IMG/VR virus record: IMGVR_UViG_3300017913_000850
Span: 1 to 27,388 of that record
Strand: one strand, 5' to 3'
Length of the DNA stretch: 27,388 nucleotides
Source: a virus
Lineage: Duplodnaviria; Caudoviricetes
Positions 1 through 8,172 of the stretch are shown piece by piece; the first letter of the stretch is position 1, and every line of letters starts with the position of its first letter. The notes beneath the pieces are model-generated. The model saw only the letters and a list, made by a program, of their open reading frames with translations. It did not search any database and was not told where the DNA came from. A program made the position numbers and the translations under genes.

Positions 1-1
1 A

Positions 2-427
2 AGATACTATTGGAATACTACAGACAATCCTAAAGATGTTTCTGAACTTAAAAAGAATATGGTTCGTAAAGTCAAAGCACAAGTTGGTGCTAGATTATCA
101 CAAACAGATTGGATGGTAATCAGAGCAACTGATGGAGGCACAGCAGTACCTAGTGATGTAGCAACATACAGAACTGCAATCAGAACAGAAGGCAATACTA
201 AAGAAACTGAGATTAATGCACTAACAACTATTGACGATGTTATTGGTTATGAGAATGCTAGTTACACAGAAGTTAGAAAAGTAAAACATACTGCTGATGA
301 TGGTACTGAAACTTATGGTCCTGAAACAGAATCATTTACTAGAAGCATAGATAAGTGTATACACTTTGATGCAACAGACCCACTAGCAGAAACAGACCCT
401 GCATTTGTATCTCTGACTGAGGATTAA
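2..427 (+). CDS. Tail fibre-associated protein, 5'-truncated by the window edge
   Basis: The frame of ORF 59..427 is open back to base 2 (RYYWNTTDNPKDVSELKK...). The LSQTDWMVIR...YRTAIR motif resembles phage tail-fibre assembly-type proteins. Confidence 0.55.
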   Translation, partial: RYYWNTTDNPKDVSELKKNMVRKVKAQVGARLSQTDWMVIRATDGGTAVPSDVATYRTAIRTEGNTKETEINALTTIDDVIGYENASYTEVRKVKHTADDGTETYGPETESFTRSIDKCIHFDATDPLAETDPAFVSLTED

Positions 428-429
428 TT

Positions 430-660
430 ATGAATGAACTCTTTATATTTGGTTTAGCTGTAATTGTAGGAATGCTTGGGTATTTCTTAGCACAACTATC
501 ATCAGATGTAAAAGAGATTCAAAAGACTGTAAATAATTTGCCTAAAGAATATCTACTTAAGCAAGACTATGCTTTAGACATACACGAAATGAAAGATGAG
601 TTAAAAGAACAGCGTAAACTTATAGACCAAATATGGAAAACATTAAGAGAAAAGAATTAG
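430..660 (+). CDS. Small membrane protein (N-terminal TM helix plus coiled coil), possibly lysis-related
   Basis: Hydrophobic LFIFGLAVIVGMLGYFLA followed by a heptad-like helix. Starts 2 nt after the previous stop. Confidence 0.6.
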   Translation: MNELFIFGLAVIVGMLGYFLAQLSSDVKEIQKTVNNLPKEYLLKQDYALDIHEMKDELKEQRKLIDQIWKTLREKN

Positions 661-712
661 TGCTGTATTATGACTGCTGGACAATTTATTATTACACTTG
701 GTATATGTGCGT

Positions 713-1144
713 ATGATTGAATTAATTACAAATATGTTACCTATTTTAACTGGTTTTGTAGCTAAGTTAGTTGCAGTTAATATGGGTCAGAAGTCAGAGC
801 AACAAAAGCTAATGATAGAAGCAATGTCTGCTCGTAATAAAGGAATACAACAAGCTAGACAAGCAGCACAAATAGAAACACCTGCTGCAGCATTTACGAG
901 AAGACTAATATTTACTACAGTCTTAGCACTTATAGTTATATATGTATTAGCCCCAGTATTGTTTGATGTTCAGACTGTAATACCTGTCATTGAAAAAGGC
1001 GTATCTTTTTTAGGTTTTGATATTACAAGTGATACAACTACATACATTACTGTAGATGGAATGGTTAAATATGACGAAGTATTTGCTTGGGCTAGTATGA
1101 TTATTGAGTTTTATGTGGGAGCTCAAGTAGGTAAACCAAGATGA
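713..1144 (+). CDS. Holin-like membrane protein
   Basis: Two or three hydrophobic segments (RRLIFTTVLALIVIYVLAPVLF; FAWASMIIEFYVG) and a basic C-terminus. ATG at 713 is preferred over TTG at 698. Confidence 0.5.
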   Translation: MIELITNMLPILTGFVAKLVAVNMGQKSEQQKLMIEAMSARNKGIQQARQAAQIETPAAAFTRRLIFTTVLALIVIYVLAPVLFDVQTVIPVIEKGVSFLGFDITSDTTTYITVDGMVKYDEVFAWASMIIEFYVGAQVGKPR

Positions 1145-1437
1145 ATAAACAAATACTAAACGGTGTAATAGGTCTAGGTTTTGCTTTCTTAGCATTCTTA
1201 GGTTCTGAAATGTATCAAGCTAATAATGACATAGTAAGAATAAATCAAGCTATGAAATTACTTGTTACTGAAGATTTACAGATTAGACCATCACCAGAGA
1301 ATGCACTAGCTAGAGGTAAACTAGAAGCATTGACTAGAGTTAATGCACTAACTATAGACCAGTTAGAGGAAAGAGTAAAAGAATTAAAGTTTGAAGTACA
1401 AAAGATAGAGATAAGAATTGAAAGACTTAAAGACTAA
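1141..1437 (+). CDS. Membrane-anchored coiled-coil protein (i-spanin-like topology)
   Basis: N-terminal TM segment, C-terminal heptad repeats, ATGA overlap with the upstream gene. Confidence 0.5.
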   Translation: MNKQILNGVIGLGFAFLAFLGSEMYQANNDIVRINQAMKLLVTEDLQIRPSPENALARGKLEALTRVNALTIDQLEERVKELKFEVQKIEIRIERLKD

Positions 1438-1774
1438 ATTAACTATATTAGTAGAAAGATTTGCACAGGCTTGGTCTGCTTGTATGCTAGCTATGGTACA
1501 AGGGGATGTAACTGTATTAACATTCAATCACGCTATAGTAGCAAGTAAGACAGGACTATTGACTGGATTAGCTATGGTAGTAGCAAGTCTATATAAAGAT
1601 GGTAATAAATGGTTAGGTATTTACTTAACTGGTTTGTTTACAATGATTGCAGACTTTTTTGTACATGCAGAACATTTCCCATTAGAAGCAGTAGTTACAG
1701 GATTAGGTGCTATGGCACTAGCAACAATATACGATAAAGGTAAGGAGATTTATGCCAGCAAAAAAAGACAGTAG
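1418..1774 (+). CDS. Multi-pass membrane protein, function unknown
   Basis: Three or four hydrophobic segments. Overlaps both neighbours; TTG start uncertain. Confidence 0.6.
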   Translation: MKDLKTKLTILVERFAQAWSACMLAMVQGDVTVLTFNHAIVASKTGLLTGLAMVVASLYKDGNKWLGIYLTGLFTMIADFFVHAEHFPLEAVVTGLGAMALATIYDKGKEIYASKKRQ

Positions 1775-2042
1775 ATTAGCAAGGGCAGGAGTATCAGGTT
1801 ATAACAAACCTAAGCGTACACCTAACCATCCTAAGAAATCTCATATAGTAGTTGCTAAAGAAGGTGATAAAGTAAAGACTATTAGATTTGGACAAAAAGG
1901 TGCTAAGACAGCAGGCAAACCTAAAGCAGGTGAGTCAGCTAGAATGAAAGCAAAAAGAAAATCATTTAAAGCCAGACACGCTAAAAACATTTCTAAAGGT
2001 AAAATGTCAGCAGCATACTGGGCAGATAAGGTGAAATGGTAA
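1752..2042 (+). CDS. Lys/Arg-rich basic protein
   Basis: SD AAGGAG before the ATG; about 30% K+R; IRFGQ...RKSFKARH...SAAYWA motif recalled from marine phage proteins. Confidence 0.8.
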   Translation: MPAKKDSRLARAGVSGYNKPKRTPNHPKKSHIVVAKEGDKVKTIRFGQKGAKTAGKPKAGESARMKAKRKSFKARHAKNISKGKMSAAYWADKVKW

Positions 2043-2194
2043 TGAAAGATGCATGTTATAAAAAAGTAAAAGCAAGATATAAAGTATTTCCGTCTGCTTA
2101 TGCATCTGGTGCTATAGCCAAATGTAGAAAGATGGGAGCTGCTAAGTATGGAACTAAAAGTAAAATAAAAAGAAATGGCAGTAAGAAAAAGTAA
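2042..2194 (+). CDS. 50-aa basic protein, not in the ORF track
   Basis: MKDACYKKVKARYKVFPSAYASGAIAKCRKMGAAKYGTKSKIKRNGSKKK. TAATG coupling to the upstream stop; fills the gap between genes. Confidence 0.8.
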   Translation: MKDACYKKVKARYKVFPSAYASGAIAKCRKMGAAKYGTKSKIKRNGSKKK

Positions 2195-2456
2195 GAAAGG
2201 TGCAGCACTAAAGCGTTGGTTTAAAGAAGAATGGACTGATGCTAGAACTGGTAAACCTTGTGGTAGAAAGAAAGGCGAGAAAAGAGGTACACCTTATTGT
2301 AGACCTAAGAAGCGTGTATCTTCTAAAACACCAAAGACTTTGAGTGAAATGACTGCTGCTGAAAAGCGTAAGCGTATATCTCAAAAGAAAAGACTAGGTC
2401 AACCAGCAGGTAAACCTAGAAGAGTATCACCATTAAAAAGGAAGAAAAAGAAATGA
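2175..2456 (+). CDS. Lys/Arg-rich basic protein with LKRWFKEEW motif (DUF5872-like, from recall)
   Basis: LKRWFKEEWTD..GKPCGR..PYCRPKKRVSSKTPKT. Confidence 0.8.
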   Translation: MAVRKSKKGAALKRWFKEEWTDARTGKPCGRKKGEKRGTPYCRPKKRVSSKTPKTLSEMTAAEKRKRISQKKRLGQPAGKPRRVSPLKRKKKK

Positions 2457-2581
2457 TGAAGAAAGGTAAAGGTTTTAAACCATGTGCTAGTTGTAAGACT
2501 AAAGCAATGTGTAAAGCAAAAGGCAGATGTATGGGTGGAATGAAGAAGAGTAAATCGACAAAGGCTAAGAAAGCGTACTAG
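2453..2581 (+). CDS. 42-aa basic four-Cys peptide, not in the ORF track
   Basis: MMKKGKGFKPCASCKTKAMCKAKGRCMGGMKKSKSTKAKKAY. ATGA overlap upstream; its stop abuts the SD of the next gene. Confidence 0.75.
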   Translation: MMKKGKGFKPCASCKTKAMCKAKGRCMGGMKKSKSTKAKKAY

Positions 2582-2590
2582 GAGTAGGCG

Positions 2591-3310
2591 ATGACTTTCA
2601 GAGAATTAGTTAACAGTGTACTACTTAGATTAAGAGAAGATACTATCGAGTCTGATTGGTCAGGTAGTTATTTAACTTCATCTACACTGACACCTTATCA
2701 GAAATTAGTATGTGAGTTAGTTAATGACTCTAAGAAGAATGTAGAATCTTATCATGATTGGAATGCATTAAGAGAGACATTTAATGTAAAACTAAGAAAT
2801 GGTAATATGCAGTATACACTAGGTGATGCTACTAGAGGTGCTGGTACTTCATTCAAGATATTAGATGTAAGGAACAAAGCTACTGGTGAACAATTAGAAC
2901 AAGTTAATAATGATTGGTTAAATGATAAGATGTTTCCTACAGCTAATGTAGAGACTGGAGCTCCTAGATATTATGCACTTAATGGTATATCACAAGCAGC
3001 TACTGGTAGAGAACCAGATGCTAATATAGATTTCTATCCTATACCTTCAGCTAATGAAGCTAATCAATATGTAGCAGTAAACATTGTAGGTGCACAAAAA
3101 GAATTAACAGAGGCTGCTCAGATACTTAGAGTTCCATCACAACCAGTTATCTTAGGTGCTTGGGCTAGAGCAATATCTGAGAGAGGTGAAGATGGAGGAA
3201 CACAATATAGTGCTGTAGCTGCTGAGGCAAGAGATGTACTTAATCAAACAGTACAGTTAGACGCTGGTAACTTTGAATACGAGAGAGACTGGTACTATGT
3301 TACAAGGTAA
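2591..3310 (+). CDS. Head-tail adaptor / tail tubular protein A (P22 gp4 or T7 gp11-like)
   Basis: N-terminus MTFRELVNSVLLRLRE, GAPRYY and FYPIP motifs, size, position before the nozzle gene, SD AGGAG. Confidence 0.7.
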   Translation: MTFRELVNSVLLRLREDTIESDWSGSYLTSSTLTPYQKLVCELVNDSKKNVESYHDWNALRETFNVKLRNGNMQYTLGDATRGAGTSFKILDVRNKATGEQLEQVNNDWLNDKMFPTANVETGAPRYYALNGISQAATGREPDANIDFYPIPSANEANQYVAVNIVGAQKELTEAAQILRVPSQPVILGAWARAISERGEDGGTQYSAVAAEARDVLNQTVQLDAGNFEYERDWYYVTR

Positions 3311-4880
3311 AGGATTAAAAGCTACTGTACTAGATACTATTGGTGTCAATGGTCTAGATACTCAGAAGCACCCTACTGCATTAGGACCTAACTGGTTTAC
3401 TAAAGCAGATAATATTGTATATACAGAAGGTAACAGGGTTACATTCAGAAAAGGATTATATCAAAAGACTAACGCAGAAACTAATGGTAACCACATAGGT
3501 TCTTTATATGAGAATAAAGCTGATGGAACTATATGGGCTGCAGCTGGAGAATACATCTATGAAGTAGACTTTACTAATACAGATGGTTCAGGTTATCTAT
3601 ATGTATATACTAATGCTTATGATACTGGAGCTTCAAATGACCACTGGCAGTTTACTGGTACAGATTTAGGATTAGTAGCTGTACAAGCAGAAGAAGATGT
3701 TCAGTTATTATCTGGAGGTTCTTGGGGTTTAATGTCTGATGAATCTGATTATTCTGCTCCAGTTGGTGTTACTACATTTGACCCTTCTACTGCATTAGGT
3801 GAGTACGGAAGATTATGGGTAGGAGGAGTCAGCGAAGATAACACAGTTCTATACTACTCTGAAGGTGAAAACCCAGTAGCATTCAACAATGGTGATTCTG
3901 GATACATAGACCTTAAATATGTATGGGGTAATGATGAAATTGTATCTATTAATTCCTTCGGTGGTAAGTTAGTTATCTTTGGTAAACAAAACATAGCTAT
4001 ATATAATAATCCTTGGGATGTTACTGATATAGAACTAGATGAAGTCATTAAAGGAATAGGATGTACATTTAGAGATTCAGTTCAAGCAATAGGCGATGAC
4101 TTGTTCTTTTTATCTGATACTGGAATTCGTTCTTTAAATAGAACAGCACAGTTTGATAAACTACCTCTTACAGAAATATCAGTTACAGTTAAAGATGAGA
4201 TAATTAATAATACAAGAAATAGTCAAGATGTAAGGTCAGTATATGTATCAGATGAAGGTCTATATTTATTATCTTTTACTGACTTAAATGTAACTTATGT
4301 ATTCGATATTACATTCAAGACAGACAGAGATACTTACCGAGTAACTAAATGGAATTTTGATGGTGATAGACAACCTGTATCATTTACTTATTCAGATACT
4401 TATGGTTTATTATTTGGTGAGGAAAGTGGACATATCTGTACATATGAAGGCTATTATGAAGTAACTTATGAGGATGGAGTATATACAGAGACACCATACA
4501 CAGGTTCTTTTTCTACAGCAGTATTAGACTTAGGTCAAGGCTTTGTATCTTCTATCTTAAAGAAACTTATTATGGTTGTATCTGGTGGTAGTGGAACTAA
4601 CGTAGGTCTTAAAGCATTTAGAGATTTTGAATTAAGTCCTTCTACTCAGCAAACATTTACAGTCAATGCACCTTTAGGTGGTACTGCATATAAATGGGGA
4701 GAATCTAATTCATTGTTTGGTACAGCTAAGTTTGCTCCTATATACGGACTAAAAGAAGTAGGTGTACAATTAAACGGTGCAGCTAAATACTTAAGGCTAG
4801 AGATGGATGGTGTTACTAATGGACATAGAACAGCATTACAATCATTAACATTATTTTATAAACAAGGGAAAATGTACTAA
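3297..4880 (+). CDS. Tail nozzle / DNA stabilisation protein (P22 gp10 or tubular B-like)
   Basis: About 527 aa and beta-rich, with GRLWV, LYYS and GIGC..DSVQ.IGDDLFFLS..GIRSL motifs. ATG at 3297 is preferred over TTG at 3273. Confidence 0.75.
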   Translation: MLQGKGLKATVLDTIGVNGLDTQKHPTALGPNWFTKADNIVYTEGNRVTFRKGLYQKTNAETNGNHIGSLYENKADGTIWAAAGEYIYEVDFTNTDGSGYLYVYTNAYDTGASNDHWQFTGTDLGLVAVQAEEDVQLLSGGSWGLMSDESDYSAPVGVTTFDPSTALGEYGRLWVGGVSEDNTVLYYSEGENPVAFNNGDSGYIDLKYVWGNDEIVSINSFGGKLVIFGKQNIAIYNNPWDVTDIELDEVIKGIGCTFRDSVQAIGDDLFFLSDTGIRSLNRTAQFDKLPLTEISVTVKDEIINNTRNSQDVRSVYVSDEGLYLLSFTDLNVTYVFDITFKTDRDTYRVTKWNFDGDRQPVSFTYSDTYGLLFGEESGHICTYEGYYEVTYEDGVYTETPYTGSFSTAVLDLGQGFVSSILKKLIMVVSGGSGTNVGLKAFRDFELSPSTQQTFTVNAPLGGTAYKWGESNSLFGTAKFAPIYGLKEVGVQLNGAAKYLRLEMDGVTNGHRTALQSLTLFYKQGKMY

Positions 4881-5446
4881 TGTCAAATTATACTATAAGC
4901 GTAGACTGGGCTGGAAAAGATGCACTACCTGATTCATCCGCAGCTAAAGTTATTTCTGGTGCAGACTTTAATACAGAGTTTGTAGCCGTAAGAACAGCAG
5001 TAAATTCTAAAGCAGATGTGAACGGAGATTCATCAGAAAACTTTACATGTAATGAATTAACTGTAAGTGGTGAAACTGCTACTATCGATGGAGAAACTAT
5101 TGCTACACTAGGTGATGCTCAAACATTTACTAAAGCACATCCTACAGCTGGCGAAGATATCTCTATGACTGCAGACCAGACAGCTAACTTACTTAACACT
5201 AATGTATTTATTGTTACTGCTACATCAGATGGCTATGAATTATCTGTATCTAATATGACTTCAGGTGTTACAGCTAAATTCTTAATTGATAATCCAGATA
5301 GTAATGCAATGACATTCTCATCTGATTTTGTATTTCCTGGTGAGTCAGGAACTATAGCAATTAATCAAGGTGGTGTTACATTATTAGACTGTGTCTCTGA
5401 TGGTGCTGCTATGTATTGTACAACTAAGAACGCAACATTCGCATAA
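4880..5446 (+). CDS. Tail needle or short fibre-like structural protein
   Basis: N-terminus KDALP....KVISGADFNTEF.AV.TAVNSKAD typical of podophage tail appendage genes. Follows the nozzle gene with TAATG coupling. Confidence 0.55.
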   Translation: MSNYTISVDWAGKDALPDSSAAKVISGADFNTEFVAVRTAVNSKADVNGDSSENFTCNELTVSGETATIDGETIATLGDAQTFTKAHPTAGEDISMTADQTANLLNTNVFIVTATSDGYELSVSNMTSGVTAKFLIDNPDSNAMTFSSDFVFPGESGTIAINQGGVTLLDCVSDGAAMYCTTKNATFA

Positions 5447-5456
5447 GGAGAACTAA

Positions 5457-6506
5457 ATGGGTTTCTTTTCCTCAGATTTAGGTTTAGCAGAACAGTTTGC
5501 AAATCCTAAGGTATCTAGAATATATGAACCTAGTGCTGGTAATCAACCTCTATCTGAAGCTGTACTAGGAAGAAGTCCTTTTGAAGCTCTAAGTAATATC
5601 GGAGGAACAAATCAAGGAAATAACTATGGTGGTTATAATATGCCTTGGGTTCCAGACTTAGGAGATGGAACTTTTCCTATTAGTCCTATTAGTCCTATTA
5701 GTCCTATTAGTCCTGTTACTCCTGTCAATCCAGAACAACCTTTAGCTGGACCTGAAAGTGTATTTGGTACAGACTATAGCTCATCTTCGGATGATGATTT
5801 AAGTAATCCAGTAACTGGTGATTTTGATTTTGATGCATTAGGTAGTGTCTTTGGAATAGAGAATCTAACAGATAAAATTGGAGGATTGTTTGAAGACCAG
5901 AACATTATCTCTAGTGAAGGTATAAATCTTAATAATCTTTTTGGTACAGACAAAGATTTTTCAGGTTATGATTTTTTAAATATAACTCCTAGCGAAATAC
6001 AAAAAAGTTTAATAACAAGTTTCTTACCTGGTAAAGTAGGGCTAGTTTTTAATTTATTTTCTGCTCTTTCTAAAGCATTCCCTTCTACACAGCCTAATCC
6101 TTTTGTTAATCAAGAAACAGGGGAATTGGATTATTCTAAGATGTTTGATTCTGGCATGTTAAGTACAATTTATGATGAGGAAGGTGCACCTAATTATAGT
6201 TATGGAACTATAGATGGTATTGGTGTTGAAGCTCCATCTCCAGATACTTTAGAAGAAGCAGTAGACCAAGGTCTTCCTTTTGGACAAGAGGGAGACGAAA
6301 GCTGGACTCCTGGTGGAGGAGTAGTCTATCATAGTTCAGATTATGATTGGAATTCAGATGGTGTTGATGACAGTAACGGTGGTTTTGATAATGGTGCTGA
6401 TTCAGCCTCTAGTATAGGAGCTAGTGATTACAGTGCAGATAATTATGGTGGAGACGGAGGATGGTCTGAATCAGACTTTTCTAGCGACTTTGGATTTGAT
6501 TGGTAA
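5457..6506 (+). CDS. Acidic low-complexity protein, putative virion or ejection protein
   Basis: SD AAGGAG; rich in D/G/S/P; position after the tail genes. Confidence 0.6.
   Translation: MGFFSSDLGLAEQFANPKVSRIYEPSAGNQPLSEAVLGRSPFEALSNIGGTNQGNNYGGYNMPWVPDLGDGTFPISPISPISPISPVTPVNPEQPLAGPESVFGTDYSSSSDDDLSNPVTGDFDFDALGSVFGIENLTDKIGGLFEDQNIISSEGINLNNLFGTDKDFSGYDFLNITPSEIQKSLITSFLPGKVGLVFNLFSALSKAFPSTQPNPFVNQETGELDYSKMFDSGMLSTIYDEEGAPNYSYGTIDGIGVEAPSPDTLEEAVDQGLPFGQEGDESWTPGGGVVYHSSDYDWNSDGVDDSNGGFDNGADSASSIGASDYSADNYGGDGGWSESDFSSDFGFDW
5676..5729 (+). repeat. In-frame 9-bp tandem repeat (CCTATTAGT x4 plus 2 degenerate copies) encoding PIS-PIS-PIS-PIS-PVT-PVN
   Basis: Read directly from the sequence. 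Confidence 0.95.
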
Positions 6507-6518
6507 GGAGAAAAGATA

Positions 6519-7298
6519 ATGTCTTTATGGAATAGTTTAGTAGATACAGTAACGAATGTAATAGGAGATGTAGGAGACTTCTTTAAACCTGCTGTAGAAG
6601 CGGTTTCAAGTTTTGATTTGCCTGATGTTAGTGTTCCTAATGTAGGTGGATTGTTTAGTAGTTCTCCTGATTTAAGTAGTTATATGAACGATGCAGCTCT
6701 GTTAGTAAAAGATGTAGGTGCTCCTTATCCTATGACTCAAGGTGCTAGTATGTTTGCTGATTTAGGTTTAGGAGGAGTAGGAGATTTCGTAAACAGTTAT
6801 GGTAAATATCTATATCCAGCAGCTAGAGCATTAGGAACTGCATATACTGGCAGACAAGAAGCTAAAGACTATACGGCTTCTCAACAACCTTTGATGAGTC
6901 TCTCAGCTGAACAGCAACAGAAGTATAGAGATATGATGGACCCACAAAAGAGAGCTTTAGCACAAGCTAGAATCCGAAGAAATATGCAGGAAGAAATACA
7001 GCCTATGCTAGATAGAATTACTGATAGAGCTTTCATGTCTGCTAGAAGAAGAGGTACCCCTATAGGTGCTTCTACTGTAGGTAATTATCAAGGAGGATTA
7101 CTTACTGATATGACATCTAAAGCTTATGGAGATATCTATAACTATGCTAGTGCTCTTGACGCACAGAATGTTAAAGACCAAATGAATATGTTAACAGGAC
7201 AGTATAAAGCTTTACAAGGTTCACCTCAGTTCCAGCCTACTTATATAGCGGCTTCTAATTATAATCCTTTCACAAGTATTTTCAAAGCTTTAATATAG
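6519..7298 (+). CDS. Putative DNA ejection / internal virion protein
   Basis: SD AAGGAG; A/Q/G-rich helical sequence; synteny. Confidence 0.5.
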   Translation: MSLWNSLVDTVTNVIGDVGDFFKPAVEAVSSFDLPDVSVPNVGGLFSSSPDLSSYMNDAALLVKDVGAPYPMTQGASMFADLGLGGVGDFVNSYGKYLYPAARALGTAYTGRQEAKDYTASQQPLMSLSAEQQQKYRDMMDPQKRALAQARIRRNMQEEIQPMLDRITDRAFMSARRRGTPIGASTVGNYQGGLLTDMTSKAYGDIYNYASALDAQNVKDQMNMLTGQYKALQGSPQFQPTYIAASNYNPFTSIFKALI

Positions 7299-7312
7299 TT
7301 TAGGAGATTAAA

Positions 7313-8164
7313 ATGGCACAAACTATGATGACACAAGGACAATATATTCCTGAGTTTATGAAGACAGATGCTTTATTAAAGAAGCAGGTAGGTGAATTTA
7401 AGAAAGGGTTGTTTGACCCGTTCATAAAAGAGACTTTTGGTTATGAATCTCCTGAGTCAAAAATGAATACATTGATGTCTAATACTGACTTCAGCAGTAA
7501 AGAGTCTATCCAAAATACTTTCAATACTCTTATGAAACAAGACCCAATGAAAGCAGCTAAGTGGTTAAAAGATTCTGAAGCAGCTATTAAGTTGTTCGAT
7601 AAGAAACAATTATCTATGTCTGATATAAGGACTAAGCAGTTAATTGATAAAGAAACTCAAGAAGAAAGAGCTAATCAATTAGTAGGATTAGTAGGAACAC
7701 CTACTGATTATGATAGTGCAGTTAAAGTTCTTAAAATTTTAGATGCTCAAGGATTAACTGGTACTGATAGATATAAAGGATTAAAACAAGATTTAAGAAG
7801 CTACCAAGAAAAAATAGGAGCTACTGTAACCGATGCTTATCGTTCTTCAGTCGCAGATAAAGCTGATGAGATGATTAAGTTTCCAGGATTCGATAGTTTC
7901 TTTGGTGGAAAAACTCTTCCAAAAATAGCTAATTATGACTATTGGAACAATGAAGATAATCTTGCTGACTTTGTTGCTGGTTATTCTAAAGCATTTAAAC
8001 AAGACCCTGCGTTTGTAATTAGGGAAATACTAGAAGGAAGAATAGACCCTAATAAAGGATATGCTCCTGCAGGTTCTGCCTCTACAACTCAAGCACCTAA
8101 GAGTAATATAAATAATAGTAGTGGCTTTGTTCCAAACTTTGATTTAAGTAAGCCATTTAATTAA
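7313..8164 (+). CDS. Putative DNA ejection / internal virion protein
   Basis: SD AGGAG; helical; precedes the largest structural ORF. Confidence 0.5.
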   Translation: MAQTMMTQGQYIPEFMKTDALLKKQVGEFKKGLFDPFIKETFGYESPESKMNTLMSNTDFSSKESIQNTFNTLMKQDPMKAAKWLKDSEAAIKLFDKKQLSMSDIRTKQLIDKETQEERANQLVGLVGTPTDYDSAVKVLKILDAQGLTGTDRYKGLKQDLRSYQEKIGATVTDAYRSSVADKADEMIKFPGFDSFFGGKTLPKIANYDYWNNEDNLADFVAGYSKAFKQDPAFVIREILEGRIDPNKGYAPAGSASTTQAPKSNINNSSGFVPNFDLSKPFN

Positions 8165-8172
8165 GGAGTTCT

